A stretch of DNA of 64,000 nt from Acidimicrobiaceae bacterium (GCA_003133405.1 PKXH01000093.1:5111-69110); one strand, 5' to 3'; positions 26,411 through 37,881 are shown, counted from the first letter of the stretch. Notes: generated by a model from the letters alone, not told the origin. Numbers and translations: made by a program.

Positions 26411-27349
26411 ATGGGCCATGTGATGAGGTCTGTGATGAACAAGGGTCGCCTAACGGTCATTGTCGCCGTCCTCATCATCGTCACGGTAGCTTTAATTCAA
26501 CCAAACTTGCGAGGCGCTGCCGCAACGACGCCGACGACGAGTCATCTGACGAAGGTCCCGAAGGCGACCGTCCTCTACCTCGATATTGGCGCGTCGGTGT
26601 CGGTCGGCGTTCAGCCGACGCCGCGTGCTCCAAAGGGCCAACCGACCAATCGTGGGTACTCGAATCAACTCGTCACACTTCAAGACGCCAGAGGAGTTGC
26701 GTTGAAACTCACGGAACTGGGTTGTCCCGGCGAATCTATCGCCACCATGCTTCACGGACCCGATCCCTGCTACGTGGCGCCCGACACCCAACTCTCTGAC
26801 GCGGTCGCTTTCTTGCGCGCACACCTTAACGCGGTGACTCTTGTCACGGTGGATCTGGGATTTAACACTCTTGATGTTTGCCTTCGCCATCTTGACATTG
26901 ATCTGACTTGCGTTACGACGCAACTTTCGCTGCTTCGTCAACAACTTTTCCAGGTCATGCATGCTCTAACCAAGGTGGCGGGACCGAAGGTCGCCTTTAT
27001 TGGACTGGGCCATTACAACCCGTACTTGACGAAGGCAGTGAAGGAGGGAGCTGCGGAGGTTTTTGCCGGAAACAGCTTGGTTGCCTTGCGGCAAATGAAT
27101 CAGTCCCTTTCGCAGGTTTACGGCTCATTCCAGATTCCTATGGCGGATATCTCTAAGGCGTTTCACGAAGGGGACATTCGAGTAGTTCGAAATTCCAAGA
27201 AGGAAATCACCACGGCGAACGTGCAGTACGAGTGCAAATTCACATGGATGTGTGCGCCGAAGCCCTTCGGTCCGAATATCCATCCGACCAACGCCGGTTA
27301 TCTCGCCATTGCTAAGGCGATTGAGGCCGTGCTACCACCAAAGCTGTGA
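26411..27349 (+). CDS. SGNH/GDSL-like hydrolase (secreted), tentative
   Basis: Signal anchor. Block V-like NIHPTNAGYLAIA. Block I is degenerate (DIGASVSVG). Confidence 0.55.
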   Translation: MGHVMRSVMNKGRLTVIVAVLIIVTVALIQPNLRGAAATTPTTSHLTKVPKATVLYLDIGASVSVGVQPTPRAPKGQPTNRGYSNQLVTLQDARGVALKLTELGCPGESIATMLHGPDPCYVAPDTQLSDAVAFLRAHLNAVTLVTVDLGFNTLDVCLRHLDIDLTCVTTQLSLLRQQLFQVMHALTKVAGPKVAFIGLGHYNPYLTKAVKEGAAEVFAGNSLVALRQMNQSLSQVYGSFQIPMADISKAFHEGDIRVVRNSKKEITTANVQYECKFTWMCAPKPFGPNIHPTNAGYLAIAKAIEAVLPPKL

Positions 27350-27383
27350 GAGGTTACATTTCGGCATCTGACGCACGAGGTCG

Positions 27384-27411
27384 CTTCGCCCCGTGCTCGA
27401 AGGCGAAGTTT
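27384..27411 (+). terminator. Possible weak intrinsic terminator hairpin
   Basis: CTTCGCC-(11 nt)-GGCGAAG followed by TTT, 35 nt after the stop at 27349. Confidence 0.3.
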
Positions 27412-27669
27412 GGTGTGGCGCCAGTCGACTGGCCCAAGCGTCGTGACCTCGTTAAGGAAGATGAAGATCCTTCGCCTTTGAGATTTCTCGGCTGACTTTG
27501 GCGGTTATGACTTTAGAAAACTTACGAATGAATTAATGGGACAAAGCGACAAGTGAGTCTTCGACGTTAGAATAAGTATCGGCGCCTTCGCCGAATTTGG
27601 CGTCGTCATTTTTCAGAAATCGGTACCTAGACGGTGATTCATGTCGGAAGATAATCGATGCGACACTGA

Positions 27670-28485
27670 GTGAGCGCCGACATCAGAGTGGGAATTGAAA
27701 ATGAGGTCATGTTGAACTTGCCCGGTGATCCTAAGAAAGCGCCCGACGTGAACGTTGCGCCACAGTCTTGGCGGGCCAACCTCCGAACCAAGATGTCAAT
27801 TCGAACCCAACGACGCAAGTGGGGTGGTCGCGCTGATACTTGGGACCGACACAATGACGTCGGAATGTCGAAGGTCGCCGCCCGTGCGATCGAAATGGCC
27901 GACGTGCGACCAGGCATGGTCTGCGTCGACCTCGGATGTGGCGGGGGACGACTGGCGCTGCTCTTGGCGAAGGGCGGAGCCATCGTGACTGGTGTTGACG
28001 TGAGTGACGAAATGATCAATCGAATGGAGACCCAGGCCAAGAGTGAGGGAATTGACACGCTCACGGGTTTGGTCGTGCCGATTCAAAATCTCTCTTTGCC
28101 AGATAGGTCAGTGGACCTGGTAATTACCAATTACGCACTTCATCATTTGCTTGACGCGGACAAGGCCAAGGTTGTGCGATCTGCCTACCAATGGTTGCGA
28201 CCCGGCGGCCAACTAGTCATCGCCGACATGATGCTCGGACGCGGCGCCACGGCACAGGATCGTCAAGTCATTGCCAGCAAGATAAAAATTATGGCGAAAA
28301 AGGGACTGCCCGGATATTGGAGAATCCTAAAGAACGCCGGAAGGTATCTCTTCCGCGTTCACGAACGTCCGATAACTCCAGAAGCATGGAGCCGACTCTT
28401 CGCAGCGGCCGGTTTCGTGAACGTAGAGAGTGTCAACGTGGTGGCCGAGGCCAATGTCGTGAAAGGTATCAAGCCCAGCGATTGA
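27670..28485 (+). CDS. Class I SAM-dependent methyltransferase
   Basis: VCVDLGCGGGRLALLLAKGGAIVTGVDVSDEMI. The true start may be an internal Met. Confidence 0.8.
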   Translation: MSADIRVGIENEVMLNLPGDPKKAPDVNVAPQSWRANLRTKMSIRTQRRKWGGRADTWDRHNDVGMSKVAARAIEMADVRPGMVCVDLGCGGGRLALLLAKGGAIVTGVDVSDEMINRMETQAKSEGIDTLTGLVVPIQNLSLPDRSVDLVITNYALHHLLDADKAKVVRSAYQWLRPGGQLVIADMMLGRGATAQDRQVIASKIKIMAKKGLPGYWRILKNAGRYLFRVHERPITPEAWSRLFAAAGFVNVESVNVVAEANVVKGIKPSD

Positions 28486-28495
28486 CGCGCTGAGA

Positions 28496-29572
28496 TCAGC
28501 CCACGGGGGCATCGGGGCATGATCCGGTGCTCGGCCCGAGCGTCGTTTGGCTCGTGATTGTGGCCAACCCGGGAACCGTTCCCGCCGCGGTCATGGTGTT
28601 TCCTATCGCCTGGTCATGCCGCAGGTAGCGCTCAAGGAAATCGAGTGTCACGCGGATGACGACTTGCATCGGCGCACCGGGTGCTAGGTAGGCGCTCAGG
28701 TGGGTTTGTCCGATCATCGAGAGGTAGTACTTAGGCTCAGGCGCCTCGTTGTAGAGTTCAACGCTGCACGCCACCGGATTCTCGACGAGGTCGTTGGTCC
28801 CTTGCACGACGAGCATCGGTACGCCCGGCGTGGTGAAGTACGCCCCCTGGAACCAGGCCAGTTCGGCTCCAGAAAGAATGACGGCGGCCTTGATGCGTGC
28901 ATCGCGACAACAGGTATTGGCGATCGCGGCCAGACTCACGTCGCCCCCGTCGGACTGGCCAATCACGCCCAGTTCAGCAGGGTTGATCAGGTTCGAGAAT
29001 GTGCCCCCGGCATGGGCGTTGAGGTCCAGGATCGAGGAAATGACGAAACTCAGGTCGGCTGGATGATGAACGATATCGGTGCGAACCAGACCTCCGGGTG
29101 AGTTCGGCGAGGTGAAGGGATAGGTCGGATCGACAACTACGTACCCGGCCTTCGCCCATGCGTTGAGCAGTAGTGCGTATCGCTCGGGCTGAATGTCAAA
29201 GCCCTGCGAAAAGACGATCAGGGGGTACGGACCCTTTTGTCGCAAGGGGGCCGCGTTAGCGACGTCAGGACCACCGGGCGTGCCAATTGCTGGGTAACGC
29301 ACTGTCGTGACGAGGGATCGCGTCGGGAGGCCGTTGGCGGCTGACTCGGTGAGCGTCAGTGAGGTGGTGCCCACCGCCGACGTAAAGTTCGACAGGGTTG
29401 TCGTGCTGGTGGTAGCTGTTGATGTGGTCGACGACGTCGCAGGTGGGCTCTGGTGCGAATAATGATATTTGATGATCACTACCGACGCAACCGTCAGCAA
29501 TACCAGGACGGTCGCCAGTGCTCGCCGGCGCCGCCGCACGGATGTTCGGCGGCGGTGCCTCGATGTCGACAT
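28496..29572 (-). CDS. Secreted alpha/beta hydrolase (chlorophyllase/PAF-acetylhydrolase/cutinase-like)
   Basis: Arg-rich N-terminus plus TM, Thr/Ser linker, nucleophile elbow IGQSDGG. Confidence 0.7.
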   Translation of the reverse strand: MSTSRHRRRTSVRRRRRALATVLVLLTVASVVIIKYHYSHQSPPATSSTTSTATTSTTTLSNFTSAVGTTSLTLTESAANGLPTRSLVTTVRYPAIGTPGGPDVANAAPLRQKGPYPLIVFSQGFDIQPERYALLLNAWAKAGYVVVDPTYPFTSPNSPGGLVRTDIVHHPADLSFVISSILDLNAHAGGTFSNLINPAELGVIGQSDGGDVSLAAIANTCCRDARIKAAVILSGAELAWFQGAYFTTPGVPMLVVQGTNDLVENPVACSVELYNEAPEPKYYLSMIGQTHLSAYLAPGAPMQVVIRVTLDFLERYLRHDQAIGNTMTAAGTVPGLATITSQTTLGPSTGSCPDAPVG

Positions 29573-29706
29573 CGGCTGAAGCGTAGCAGCAGAGTTCGCG
29601 CGAACCGGCCCGTTGTACCCCTAACCATCTTCCGATGCAGGACGATAGAATTGTCTATCTTCATGGCGATGACTTTTCTTGGCGGTGTCGTTAACTTGGC
29701 TCGTTT

Positions 29707-30423
29707 GTGATGACTGACAAGGTGATCGTACGCTCGCTCGTCGATGAGGACGTACGCGAGGCCGCACTACTTCATCGTGTCGTGCTCGATATGGAGTTTC
29801 TCTCTCGCCTGGGTCCAGCCTTCATGCGTGCTTACTACCGGGCCTGGATCGAGGCGCCTGGATCAATCTCGCTCGCTGCGTTGGATGACGATGGGCACGT
29901 GCTGGGAGTGTTGCTGGGGGCGAGTTATCCAGCGACCCATGTTCGCGCGATGATCCGCCGCCGCGGGTTCGGTTTAGGGCTCAAACTCATGGCGTACGCC
30001 TCAGTTCGCCCTCGTCTGGCCAAGGATCTGTTCGTCACCAGAAGTCGGCGCTACGCGCGAGGTGTGACGCGACTCGTGATGGCACGATTCGCTAGCTCGT
30101 CAAAGCCACAAATTCAACGCGCCGAATCCGTGGTCGGAGAGATAACTCACGTCCTGGTCCGGCCCGAAGAACAAGGCAAAGGAGTCGGCCGAGCGTTACT
30201 TGACGCCGCGGTGACTGCGGCACGGTTCGTCGGTGTACAAGAACTCGTGTTGGTAACGCCTCCGGATTTAGGGGCTCGGCACTTCTACGAGAGCCTGGGT
30301 TGGCATGCCGAGGGAGCCATGCAAAGTCGCAGTGGTGAGAATTTTCTGCGTTTTCGCTTCAACGTGGGCGATGGGGGGCCGGACGATCCCGGTCCGACAA
30401 ATGGCGATGCCTCGAGCCACTAG
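29707..30423 (+). CDS. GNAT-family N-acetyltransferase
   Basis: VRPEEQGKGVGRALLDAAV motif A. Confidence 0.75.
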   Translation: MMTDKVIVRSLVDEDVREAALLHRVVLDMEFLSRLGPAFMRAYYRAWIEAPGSISLAALDDDGHVLGVLLGASYPATHVRAMIRRRGFGLGLKLMAYASVRPRLAKDLFVTRSRRYARGVTRLVMARFASSSKPQIQRAESVVGEITHVLVRPEEQGKGVGRALLDAAVTAARFVGVQELVLVTPPDLGARHFYESLGWHAEGAMQSRSGENFLRFRFNVGDGGPDDPGPTNGDASSH

Positions 30424-30438
30424 GGACTTCGAGTTTGG

Positions 30439-32172
30439 TCATCGACGTGGCGGGGGATTTGGACCTGATCTCGGTGGGGGTGGGCGACGTCGCGGCGGAA
30501 CGGTCCCTGGATATCTCGCGAGTGGCCGAGTTCGACGATGCAGCGCCCGACGGCGCTTGGCGCGACGACGCGTGTTCCAAAGAGCGATCACCGCCACCGC
30601 GATGAGAGCGATGACCAAATAGAAGATGTAATCGAGCCGGCGACCGCGTGAGGAGCCCGACGGACGGGTGGTCGGCGTGATGTGCACCGTCGTCGTGGTC
30701 GTGGACGACGTGGTCGTCGTGGGCGAGGGCTGACTGCCCAGAGCGAGCGTCTGTGTCGCGAGGAGGGCCCCGGCGCAACCGGGGGTGGGAGTGACGTTCA
30801 CCAATTGGGGAACCTGGGGCGCTTGGGGTGCTCCAAACAGCACGGTCGAGATGGCGTCAGCCATCACGGTTTGACCCGCAGTGTTGGGATGGAGATTGTC
30901 ACTGTTGAAGTAGCCCGAATATGGGAGGGTGGGCTGACAGGCCCCGTTGTAGACGTCACCCATTACGGCCGCCAGATTGATGACGGCGTCGAAACCCGAG
31001 ATTGGCGAAAGCATCCACGCGTTGACGGCACTCAAGACGGACTGTTCAGTGGGCAGCCAGGCCTCAGGTTTCTCACCGTCAACGCCATTAGATGAACTGC
31101 GGGGCAGCAAGGTGACCCCAGTGATCCTTACCCCATGGGCGTGGGTCTCGGCGATCACTTGGCTCATGGCGTTCTCGATGGCCGCGGCCGTGCCGTAGGG
31201 AGGAATTGGATGACCGGCCTCTCCGCCAGCGCCGAACCAGATGTCGTTGGTCCCGAGGAACAACACAACATCCTTCACACCCGGCAGATCTAAAGCGTCG
31301 GGCAACAGACGGGTCACCCCGGGTACGCCGCCGGAAACATCGTCATACGAAGTATGCGGCGGAAATACCGTCAAGGTATTTCCCGCGATACCTTCGTTGA
31401 CCACCGACATCTGTTGAGCGGCCGGTAACTTCGAGATTCGCGCCTGCAGGGCGTTCACCCAACTAAAGGCATGATTCGTGTACCCAAAGCCGTCGGTAAT
31501 CGAATCGCCAAGGGCCACTACCGTGCCCTGGGCGGGCGATCCCGCGACGACGACGGACGTCAACCATCGCATGTTGGAACTGGCGAGGAGGGGATTAAAG
31601 CCAACGCCAGTCGGGCTATTCGTTAAATTGCCCGCGCCGTCGCCGGTGGCGTATGAGTCGACGCGATCGTCGCAGCAGAAGTGCACACTCACCGTCGATG
31701 AACCCGCCGTCGCCAGACTCACCGCGAGTGACTCTCCTCCGTGAACACTCATCCGTACCGGGTCGCTGCTGACCCGAGAATAGGGCGCGATGGTGACGGA
31801 CCGGCTTCCGTGATTGAACGTGATGGGCCTGATCGTTCCAGGCACAACGTCAATCCCACTTTGATCGACGCCCACCGTAACGGCGGCGAAAGTGGTCGCC
31901 GTTGAGCTCCATTCATTTGAGAACGAGAGAACGATCGAGGTTCCGGCCACCGGCATCGTGGCAATGTCGCGAGTGGTGGAGTTGTAGGTGAGTCCTTCGG
32001 CGATATCAGTGGGAGAAGTCCAGACTGTCTGCCACTTCGGAGAACTAGTTGTCGACGCCGACGCAATGTTGTTCGCGCTAACGGCCCACCCGAACAACGT
32101 CACCGATGCCACGATGAGTCGAGCAATGAGGCTTCGTTGACGAATGAACGTCGTCATGATCCTCACTCTCAC
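30439..32172 (-). CDS. Secreted SGNH/GDSL esterase-lipase with a C-terminal TM anchor and Arg/Pro tail
   Basis: Blocks I, III and V: VVALGDSITDGFG, FLGTNDIW, DNLHPNTAG. Confidence 0.8.
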   Translation of the reverse strand: MRVRIMTTFIRQRSLIARLIVASVTLFGWAVSANNIASASTTSSPKWQTVWTSPTDIAEGLTYNSTTRDIATMPVAGTSIVLSFSNEWSSTATTFAAVTVGVDQSGIDVVPGTIRPITFNHGSRSVTIAPYSRVSSDPVRMSVHGGESLAVSLATAGSSTVSVHFCCDDRVDSYATGDGAGNLTNSPTGVGFNPLLASSNMRWLTSVVVAGSPAQGTVVALGDSITDGFGYTNHAFSWVNALQARISKLPAAQQMSVVNEGIAGNTLTVFPPHTSYDDVSGGVPGVTRLLPDALDLPGVKDVVLFLGTNDIWFGAGGEAGHPIPPYGTAAAIENAMSQVIAETHAHGVRITGVTLLPRSSSNGVDGEKPEAWLPTEQSVLSAVNAWMLSPISGFDAVINLAAVMGDVYNGACQPTLPYSGYFNSDNLHPNTAGQTVMADAISTVLFGAPQAPQVPQLVNVTPTPGCAGALLATQTLALGSQPSPTTTTSSTTTTTVHITPTTRPSGSSRGRRLDYIFYLVIALIAVAVIALWNTRRRAKRRRALHRRTRPLARYPGTVPPRRRPPPPRSGPNPPPRR

Positions 32173-32732
32173 GATGATTCAACTTTCACCCATCGGGCGA
32201 GCACGTTCTCTCCACCGGCGCCGCGTTCGATGACGTGAAAGACCACGCGCAAGCCCTAATTGGCCAGTCCGGCGACCGTTGAAGTGTGTCGCGCCGTCGC
32301 CGGCGTGTACGACACCTGGAGCAAAGTTAAAAATGATCCATCGATTGAATGCTGTAAACGCAACCCGATCCTCGAGGCGACTGACGCCGCATGCAGAGCA
32401 TGCTGGCTACCTGAACATTGAAAGGAGGCAAGCTTCACTCCGACCTTCACGCCGAGGCTGCTGGGTCCCATATTTTCACTAGCCTACTTACCACCCCCAC
32501 TTCAAAGTGGCCGCTGAATCACAAGTTCACGCACAAGTGAGCACGAGTTCGCCACTTCGTCATTGGTCGAGCGAAGAAGAAACGTCTACTTTGGGTGAGC
32601 GTGTCAAGATCCTCGATGATTCTGCGATTCACTGGTCTTGTATCATCGGACGCTCGAACGACCGGTTCTCCAACGTGCCTCACGCTGCCAGCGGCAAGAA
32701 AACCGCAGACCGCAAGTTCAAGGCGAACGCGA

Positions 32733-33260
<528 letters not shown>

Positions 33261-33272
33261 TTCGTCCTCATC

Positions 33273-34664
33273 TCAGATGCTGTAGGCCTCTTGGTGCAGC
33301 GCTTTGGCGTCTACCCCAGCGCGGCGAGCCATAGAAGAGGCGTCTCGAACAAAGTCTTCCGGACCACTTATAAATACGTCACGTTTGGCCATATCGGGTA
33401 CCAATTTCGTAATTTGATCTAACCGGACCGTCTCTCTGCCTCCGACGAGTCGATGGACTACACCTTTGCGAATTCGCACAAGCTCTTCCACCTCGTCGGC
33501 CAAGACTAAATCCTCTTCGCGCGACGCACGAAGCACGACGATCGGTCGCGACTTTAGGGGTAAATCCTCCAAAAGGGATCTTGCCGCGGTCACGCCAACA
33601 CCGCCGGCTATCAAGAGCACGCGTCCGCGTCGCATGGCAAAGGCCGTAAATGAACCGTAAGGGCCCTCGACGGCTACCGGGGTTCCCACCTTGACGTGCG
33701 CGAGTGCTCTTGAAAAATTACCAACACCTTTAACCGTCAATCGAATATAGGGGGGCTTAGGCAACGCGGACACCGTGAACGGGTGGGCCTGCCACCACAT
33801 TTTGGATGTCATGAAACGCCATTCAAAGAATTGACCACCGGAGATAGCTAATCGATCAAGATGGCGCCCCTCGAGAATTACCGATACGACGCCGGGGCCC
33901 TCCGGCCTAACCTCCACCACTCGTAATCGGTGCAGAACCGACCGATAGATGGGAAAGCCGATGCGGTACGTGACAACGAGCGCGGCGGCCAAGAGCCACG
34001 CGAGCGCCCAGACAAACTTCGCGAGCGGGTGCCCGACGAATGACGGACCGAGCACTATCTCATGGCCGACGGAGATGAAGAGCGCAAGGTACATCAGTAG
34101 GTGAATGAGCCACCAGCTCTCTCTTGGTATCCGGGACCGAATCCGTGGCAGGGAAATTAACCCGATGCCAACCATGATGCCGAGCGCCACCGTGGCCGAG
34201 ACCATGTTGGGAAACTTACTTATGATTACGCCAACCTCTTTTAGCACGCCTCGCTTCGCGACCTCAGCGTAGGCGACGCTCAAAAATATGGCGTGGACTG
34301 TGATCAAGGCGATGGTCCATGGCGCCAAGAGTCGGTGCCAATGAATGACCCCGTGTTGACCCAACATTCGTTCGAGAGCCGGGAGTCGACTCGCGAGAAT
34401 GACCATGAGCAGCGCGAGGTAGGTGCCGACCATCCCGGTTGTGGATCCGACGAACATGGCGAACCCACCGGGGACGTGGAGCTCGCTAAGAGTGCCGTCG
34501 ACAATTGGCAGTCCAGCCACGAAACCTAACCCCAGACCGCATACCAACACGACGGCGTAGAAGGAGAAGGGGTTGGGACCATGGGTAACAATCATTCGGG
34601 TCTGGGCCGGCCGAGTCCTCGGCCCTCGGTCCCGCGATTGAGAGTCGAACTTACTAATTTCCAA
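33273..34664 (-). CDS. NOX/FRE-like ferric-reductase-domain membrane protein with FAD/NAD(P)-binding domain
   Basis: TM domain with paired His (HWHRLLAPW...TVHAI, IHLLMY...VGHEI). HPFTVS FAD motif. LIAGGVGVTAARS NAD(P) motif. Confidence 0.85.
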   Translation of the reverse strand: MEISKFDSQSRDRGPRTRPAQTRMIVTHGPNPFSFYAVVLVCGLGLGFVAGLPIVDGTLSELHVPGGFAMFVGSTTGMVGTYLALLMVILASRLPALERMLGQHGVIHWHRLLAPWTIALITVHAIFLSVAYAEVAKRGVLKEVGVIISKFPNMVSATVALGIMVGIGLISLPRIRSRIPRESWWLIHLLMYLALFISVGHEIVLGPSFVGHPLAKFVWALAWLLAAALVVTYRIGFPIYRSVLHRLRVVEVRPEGPGVVSVILEGRHLDRLAISGGQFFEWRFMTSKMWWQAHPFTVSALPKPPYIRLTVKGVGNFSRALAHVKVGTPVAVEGPYGSFTAFAMRRGRVLLIAGGVGVTAARSLLEDLPLKSRPIVVLRASREEDLVLADEVEELVRIRKGVVHRLVGGRETVRLDQITKLVPDMAKRDVFISGPEDFVRDASSMARRAGVDAKALHQEAYSI

Positions 34665-34879
34665 TTGATGCTCCAGTACGTTGCCGCTGAAGAGAGGTGT
34701 CAGTCCAGGCTAATCAGCGATAGGGAATTCTCCTCAGAATCTTGGCAACTTCTTAATGAGTGTCCGGAGTGTTTGTGCACCGTTCAGTCATCCGTGAGGA
34801 GCGGCCGGCTCCGTGAGATATGTCTCTCGTCATTAAGGCGTGAAGTCACTCCGCATCGCAATTTCCCTAGAGACGTTCT

Positions 34880-35695
34880 TCATTCGTGAGCGGCCAGTGA
34901 GATCAAAGGGAAACCGGGCGTCCAGTGCCGCTCTTGATCGAATGAGACCGTGAACGCCTCAAACTCCGATAACTCGTCAATGACGTCAAGGAGATCGTTG
35001 CCCGCGATAGCTAGAGCGGTGGCCAGTGCGTCGGCCAGACCGAGGTCGGGCCCCATAACACTGGCTGAAGCAACACGGGTGCAGAAGTGGCCCGAGTGGG
35101 GATCCATGAGGTGTTGCCCGCGCTCGTAGCTACCAGATGTGGCAATGCAACCATCGAGAGCAACGATGGCGGTCAATTCCTTCGGCGAGTGGGGATTGGT
35201 GATGCCGACTTTGAATTTTTCGCCTTCGGAAGGATATCCAAAAGAAGCAATATCGCCCGCGGCATTCACGATGGCACCTTGCACGGGGGCGCCAAGAAGC
35301 AGATGAAGTGCCCGTTGTGCCGCCCATCCTTTGACGTAGCCGGTGGGATCCGTACCACCTGGAAGGGCCCAGGGATCGAACCAGCCCTGGGAAAGTTCGC
35401 GAGCGGCTTGGCATGCCTCGAGTACTTCGCCAATGACCACAGGCGCCTTCGCGAGATCAATCTCCCCTCGCCGGAGCTTACTCATCGGGCTGTCAGCTTG
35501 CCAGAGACTAAAAACACTGTCGGCGTGATGAAGCGACGCCAGGGCAGAACTTAGGTAGGGATCGACCAGTTCGCGATTCACGGTGGGGGGACCGTAAACA
35601 TCGATCGTCACAACCGTGCCCATCACGTCCTCGGCGTGATGCAAGATCAGGTCATTCGACTCGAGCGGCGCACCGAGAGTGTCGACGTTGACCAT
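34880..35695 (-). CDS. apbE: FAD:protein FMN transferase (ApbE family)
   Basis: DPTGYVKGWA and ATSGSYERG motifs. The start abuts the stop of the upstream FMN-binding gene. Confidence 0.85.
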   Translation of the reverse strand: MVNVDTLGAPLESNDLILHHAEDVMGTVVTIDVYGPPTVNRELVDPYLSSALASLHHADSVFSLWQADSPMSKLRRGEIDLAKAPVVIGEVLEACQAARELSQGWFDPWALPGGTDPTGYVKGWAAQRALHLLLGAPVQGAIVNAAGDIASFGYPSEGEKFKVGITNPHSPKELTAIVALDGCIATSGSYERGQHLMDPHSGHFCTRVASASVMGPDLGLADALATALAIAGNDLLDVIDELSEFEAFTVSFDQERHWTPGFPLISLAAHE

Positions 35696-36346
35696 TTAGA
35701 GTCCCAGCGTGGTCAATGCGCCCTGGAGGGACTGGATGAAGCCCGCACTGGTATAGCTAGCTCCTGAGACGCTTTGAATGTTGCCGCTTTGGGCCGCCAT
35801 GGCCTCTTGCTCAAGAATCGGAATCGCCATTGAGTCAATCGACTGCGATCGGTAGTTTCCTCCATCGTTGAGGCTGCCAATAGTAACTGACGTGATCTTG
35901 GACCCGGTCACCTTGACGCTGACTGAAAGTAGACCGAAGTGATAGTCAAGCAGCGGTCCGGTTGCCGTCCGCGAACCCGTGGATACGGTCGTGGTCGTCG
36001 TTGGGGCCGGTGGCCGAGTCGTCGTTGGTGCCGGTGGCCGAGTCGTCGTTGGGGCCGATGGCCGAGTTGTGGTCGGAGTAGTTGGACTCGTCGTCGCGGT
36101 GGCACCCCCGTCACCTCGTCTTCTTCGTGGAGGGAGCGAGGGCGTCGTTGTGTTTGGTGTCGTCGTGCTTGGTGTCGTCGTGCTTGGTGTCGTTGGGGCC
36201 GGTGGACTCGTGGTTGCTGCTGACGAGGTGGATCCCGCACTCGCCGTCAAGCCAGCCAACGAAAGCGAGGCGGGGGCCGTATGGAATTGGAGGACGCCGG
36301 CAAGACCCAGTGCCGTGCCAACGATGACCAAAGGGGCTCGTTTCAT
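35696..36346 (-). CDS. Extracytoplasmic FMN-binding domain protein (second copy)
   Basis: Signal anchor, Pro/Thr repeat linker, IQSVSGASYTS flavinylation motif. Confidence 0.8.
   Translation of the reverse strand: MKRAPLVIVGTALGLAGVLQFHTAPASLSLAGLTASAGSTSSAATTSPPAPTTPSTTTPSTTTPNTTTPSLPPRRRRGDGGATATTSPTTPTTTRPSAPTTTRPPAPTTTRPPAPTTTTTVSTGSRTATGPLLDYHFGLLSVSVKVTGSKITSVTIGSLNDGGNYRSQSIDSMAIPILEQEAMAAQSGNIQSVSGASYTSAGFIQSLQGALTTLGL
35994..36065. repeat. 3 x 24-nt tandem repeat encoding (PAPTTTRP)n
   Basis: GTCGTCGTTGGGGCCGGTGGCCGA and two near-identical units. Lies inside CDS 35696..36346. Confidence 0.85.
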
Positions 36347-36362
36347 CGCGCTATTTCAATCA

Positions 36363-37760
36363 TCAGAACGCAAACTCCTCAATATGAATTCGATCGGGGT
36401 TCACTCTCAGGCGCGAAAGAGCTACGGCAATCTGATCAGTGAATCCCGAGGGGCCGCAGAGATAGACGTCACATTTGGCGATATCTGGAATCAGTCGCCG
36501 TAAGACATTGGCGTCGAGGGGAACTTCCTTGCGCGAACCGACGATTTCGTGCAATTGGCCTTGATGCTGATCTACGAGTGTTTGCATCTCTTCATGATGC
36601 ACAAGATCCTCGACCTTTGACGCGCGAATTACGGCGGTGACACGTACGTCTGTTGGTAAATCTTCCAGCAGGGCACGAAGTGGTGTTATGCCAACGCCCG
36701 CGCCGATCAACACCACTTTTTCGCTCTGACGCACGTGGCGCGTGAACGCGCCGTATGGGCCCTCGACGAAGACGCGGGTGCCCGGAGTCAATTGTGCCAC
36801 CGCGCCTGATTGATCCCCGAGTGCCTTAACGGTTACGCGCAGATACGGTGGACGGGGCAGTGCCGAAAGCGAGTAGGGGTGGGGATGCCACCAGAGCCCC
36901 TTCTGGAGAAAACGCCACTGAAAGAACTGGCCGCCCGCGACGTTCAAGGTCGAGAGATTTCGACCAGAGATGGTCAGTGAGTACACCCCCGGAGCCTCCT
37001 CTTGGACTGCCGCGACCCTGAACTGATGTTTCAGATTCCGTGCGATCGGTACGAAGACGCGACTGGCGAGCACGACGGCCGCGGCACCTGCCCACAGAGC
37101 AATCCAGAACAGTTTCGCAAGGGGGTGACCCAGGAACATAACGCCCGTTTGAATCTGATGAGTGAAGGCGAGCATCAACGCGATGTAAATGTAGAAGTGA
37201 ACAACCCACCACGTCTCGTACTTCATATGGCGACGAGCGATGCGAAATGATGTCACGCCCGCGACGACGAGCAAGCCAAAGCCAACGGTCGCGGCCAGCA
37301 TGTCGGGGTAGTGCTGAATGAAGACCAAAAATTGAGCGACCGGTCCAACACTGGTCGTTTGACCGTAGCCCACCGTGGTAAAGAGAATGTGCAGCGCGAT
37401 TAATCCAATGGGCCACCCGCCGATGCGTCGATGCCAGCGCACGAGTCGGTCTTGGCCCACGACTCGCTCCAGCCACGGCATGCGGGACATCAGCACGACC
37501 ATGATGAGCATCAAGTAGCTACCGGTCATGGCACATAGGCGTCCGAGTGCCATAAGCAGTCCGCCCGGGGCGGCGAGCTGGCTCCACGACTCCGCCGTAA
37601 TGACGAGCGCGATCGAGATGCCGAGCCCAACACCGGCCAGCCCCGCCATACTGTCGGCGATCCAGGGACGAGGAGCGGAACTGGTCCGGCGCCTTTTCGG
37701 TGGGGCGTCACCTGACCAGGAGGGTGCCACCGTCCTGCGCCTAAGTGAGGTTGACTGCAT
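36363..37760 (-). CDS. NOX/FRE-like ferric-reductase-domain membrane protein with FAD/NAD(P)-binding domain (paralog)
   Basis: RWHRRIGGW...ALHIL and VHFYIY...FTHQI His pairs. HPYSLS motif. LIGAGVGITPLRAL motif. Confidence 0.85.
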   Translation of the reverse strand: MQSTSLRRRTVAPSWSGDAPPKRRRTSSAPRPWIADSMAGLAGVGLGISIALVITAESWSQLAAPGGLLMALGRLCAMTGSYLMLIMVVLMSRMPWLERVVGQDRLVRWHRRIGGWPIGLIALHILFTTVGYGQTTSVGPVAQFLVFIQHYPDMLAATVGFGLLVVAGVTSFRIARRHMKYETWWVVHFYIYIALMLAFTHQIQTGVMFLGHPLAKLFWIALWAGAAAVVLASRVFVPIARNLKHQFRVAAVQEEAPGVYSLTISGRNLSTLNVAGGQFFQWRFLQKGLWWHPHPYSLSALPRPPYLRVTVKALGDQSGAVAQLTPGTRVFVEGPYGAFTRHVRQSEKVVLIGAGVGITPLRALLEDLPTDVRVTAVIRASKVEDLVHHEEMQTLVDQHQGQLHEIVGSRKEVPLDANVLRRLIPDIAKCDVYLCGPSGFTDQIAVALSRLRVNPDRIHIEEFAF

Positions 37761-37881
37761 ACGAAAACGGTAACGCTTCGACGTAAGAAGACGGCAAGAA
37801 TTCGTTACAAATGCTGAATCTGGGAATGTGACAATTGTGTGTCTTCGCGTTCCCAGCCAAACTTAAGTCTTCTCTCAATCT

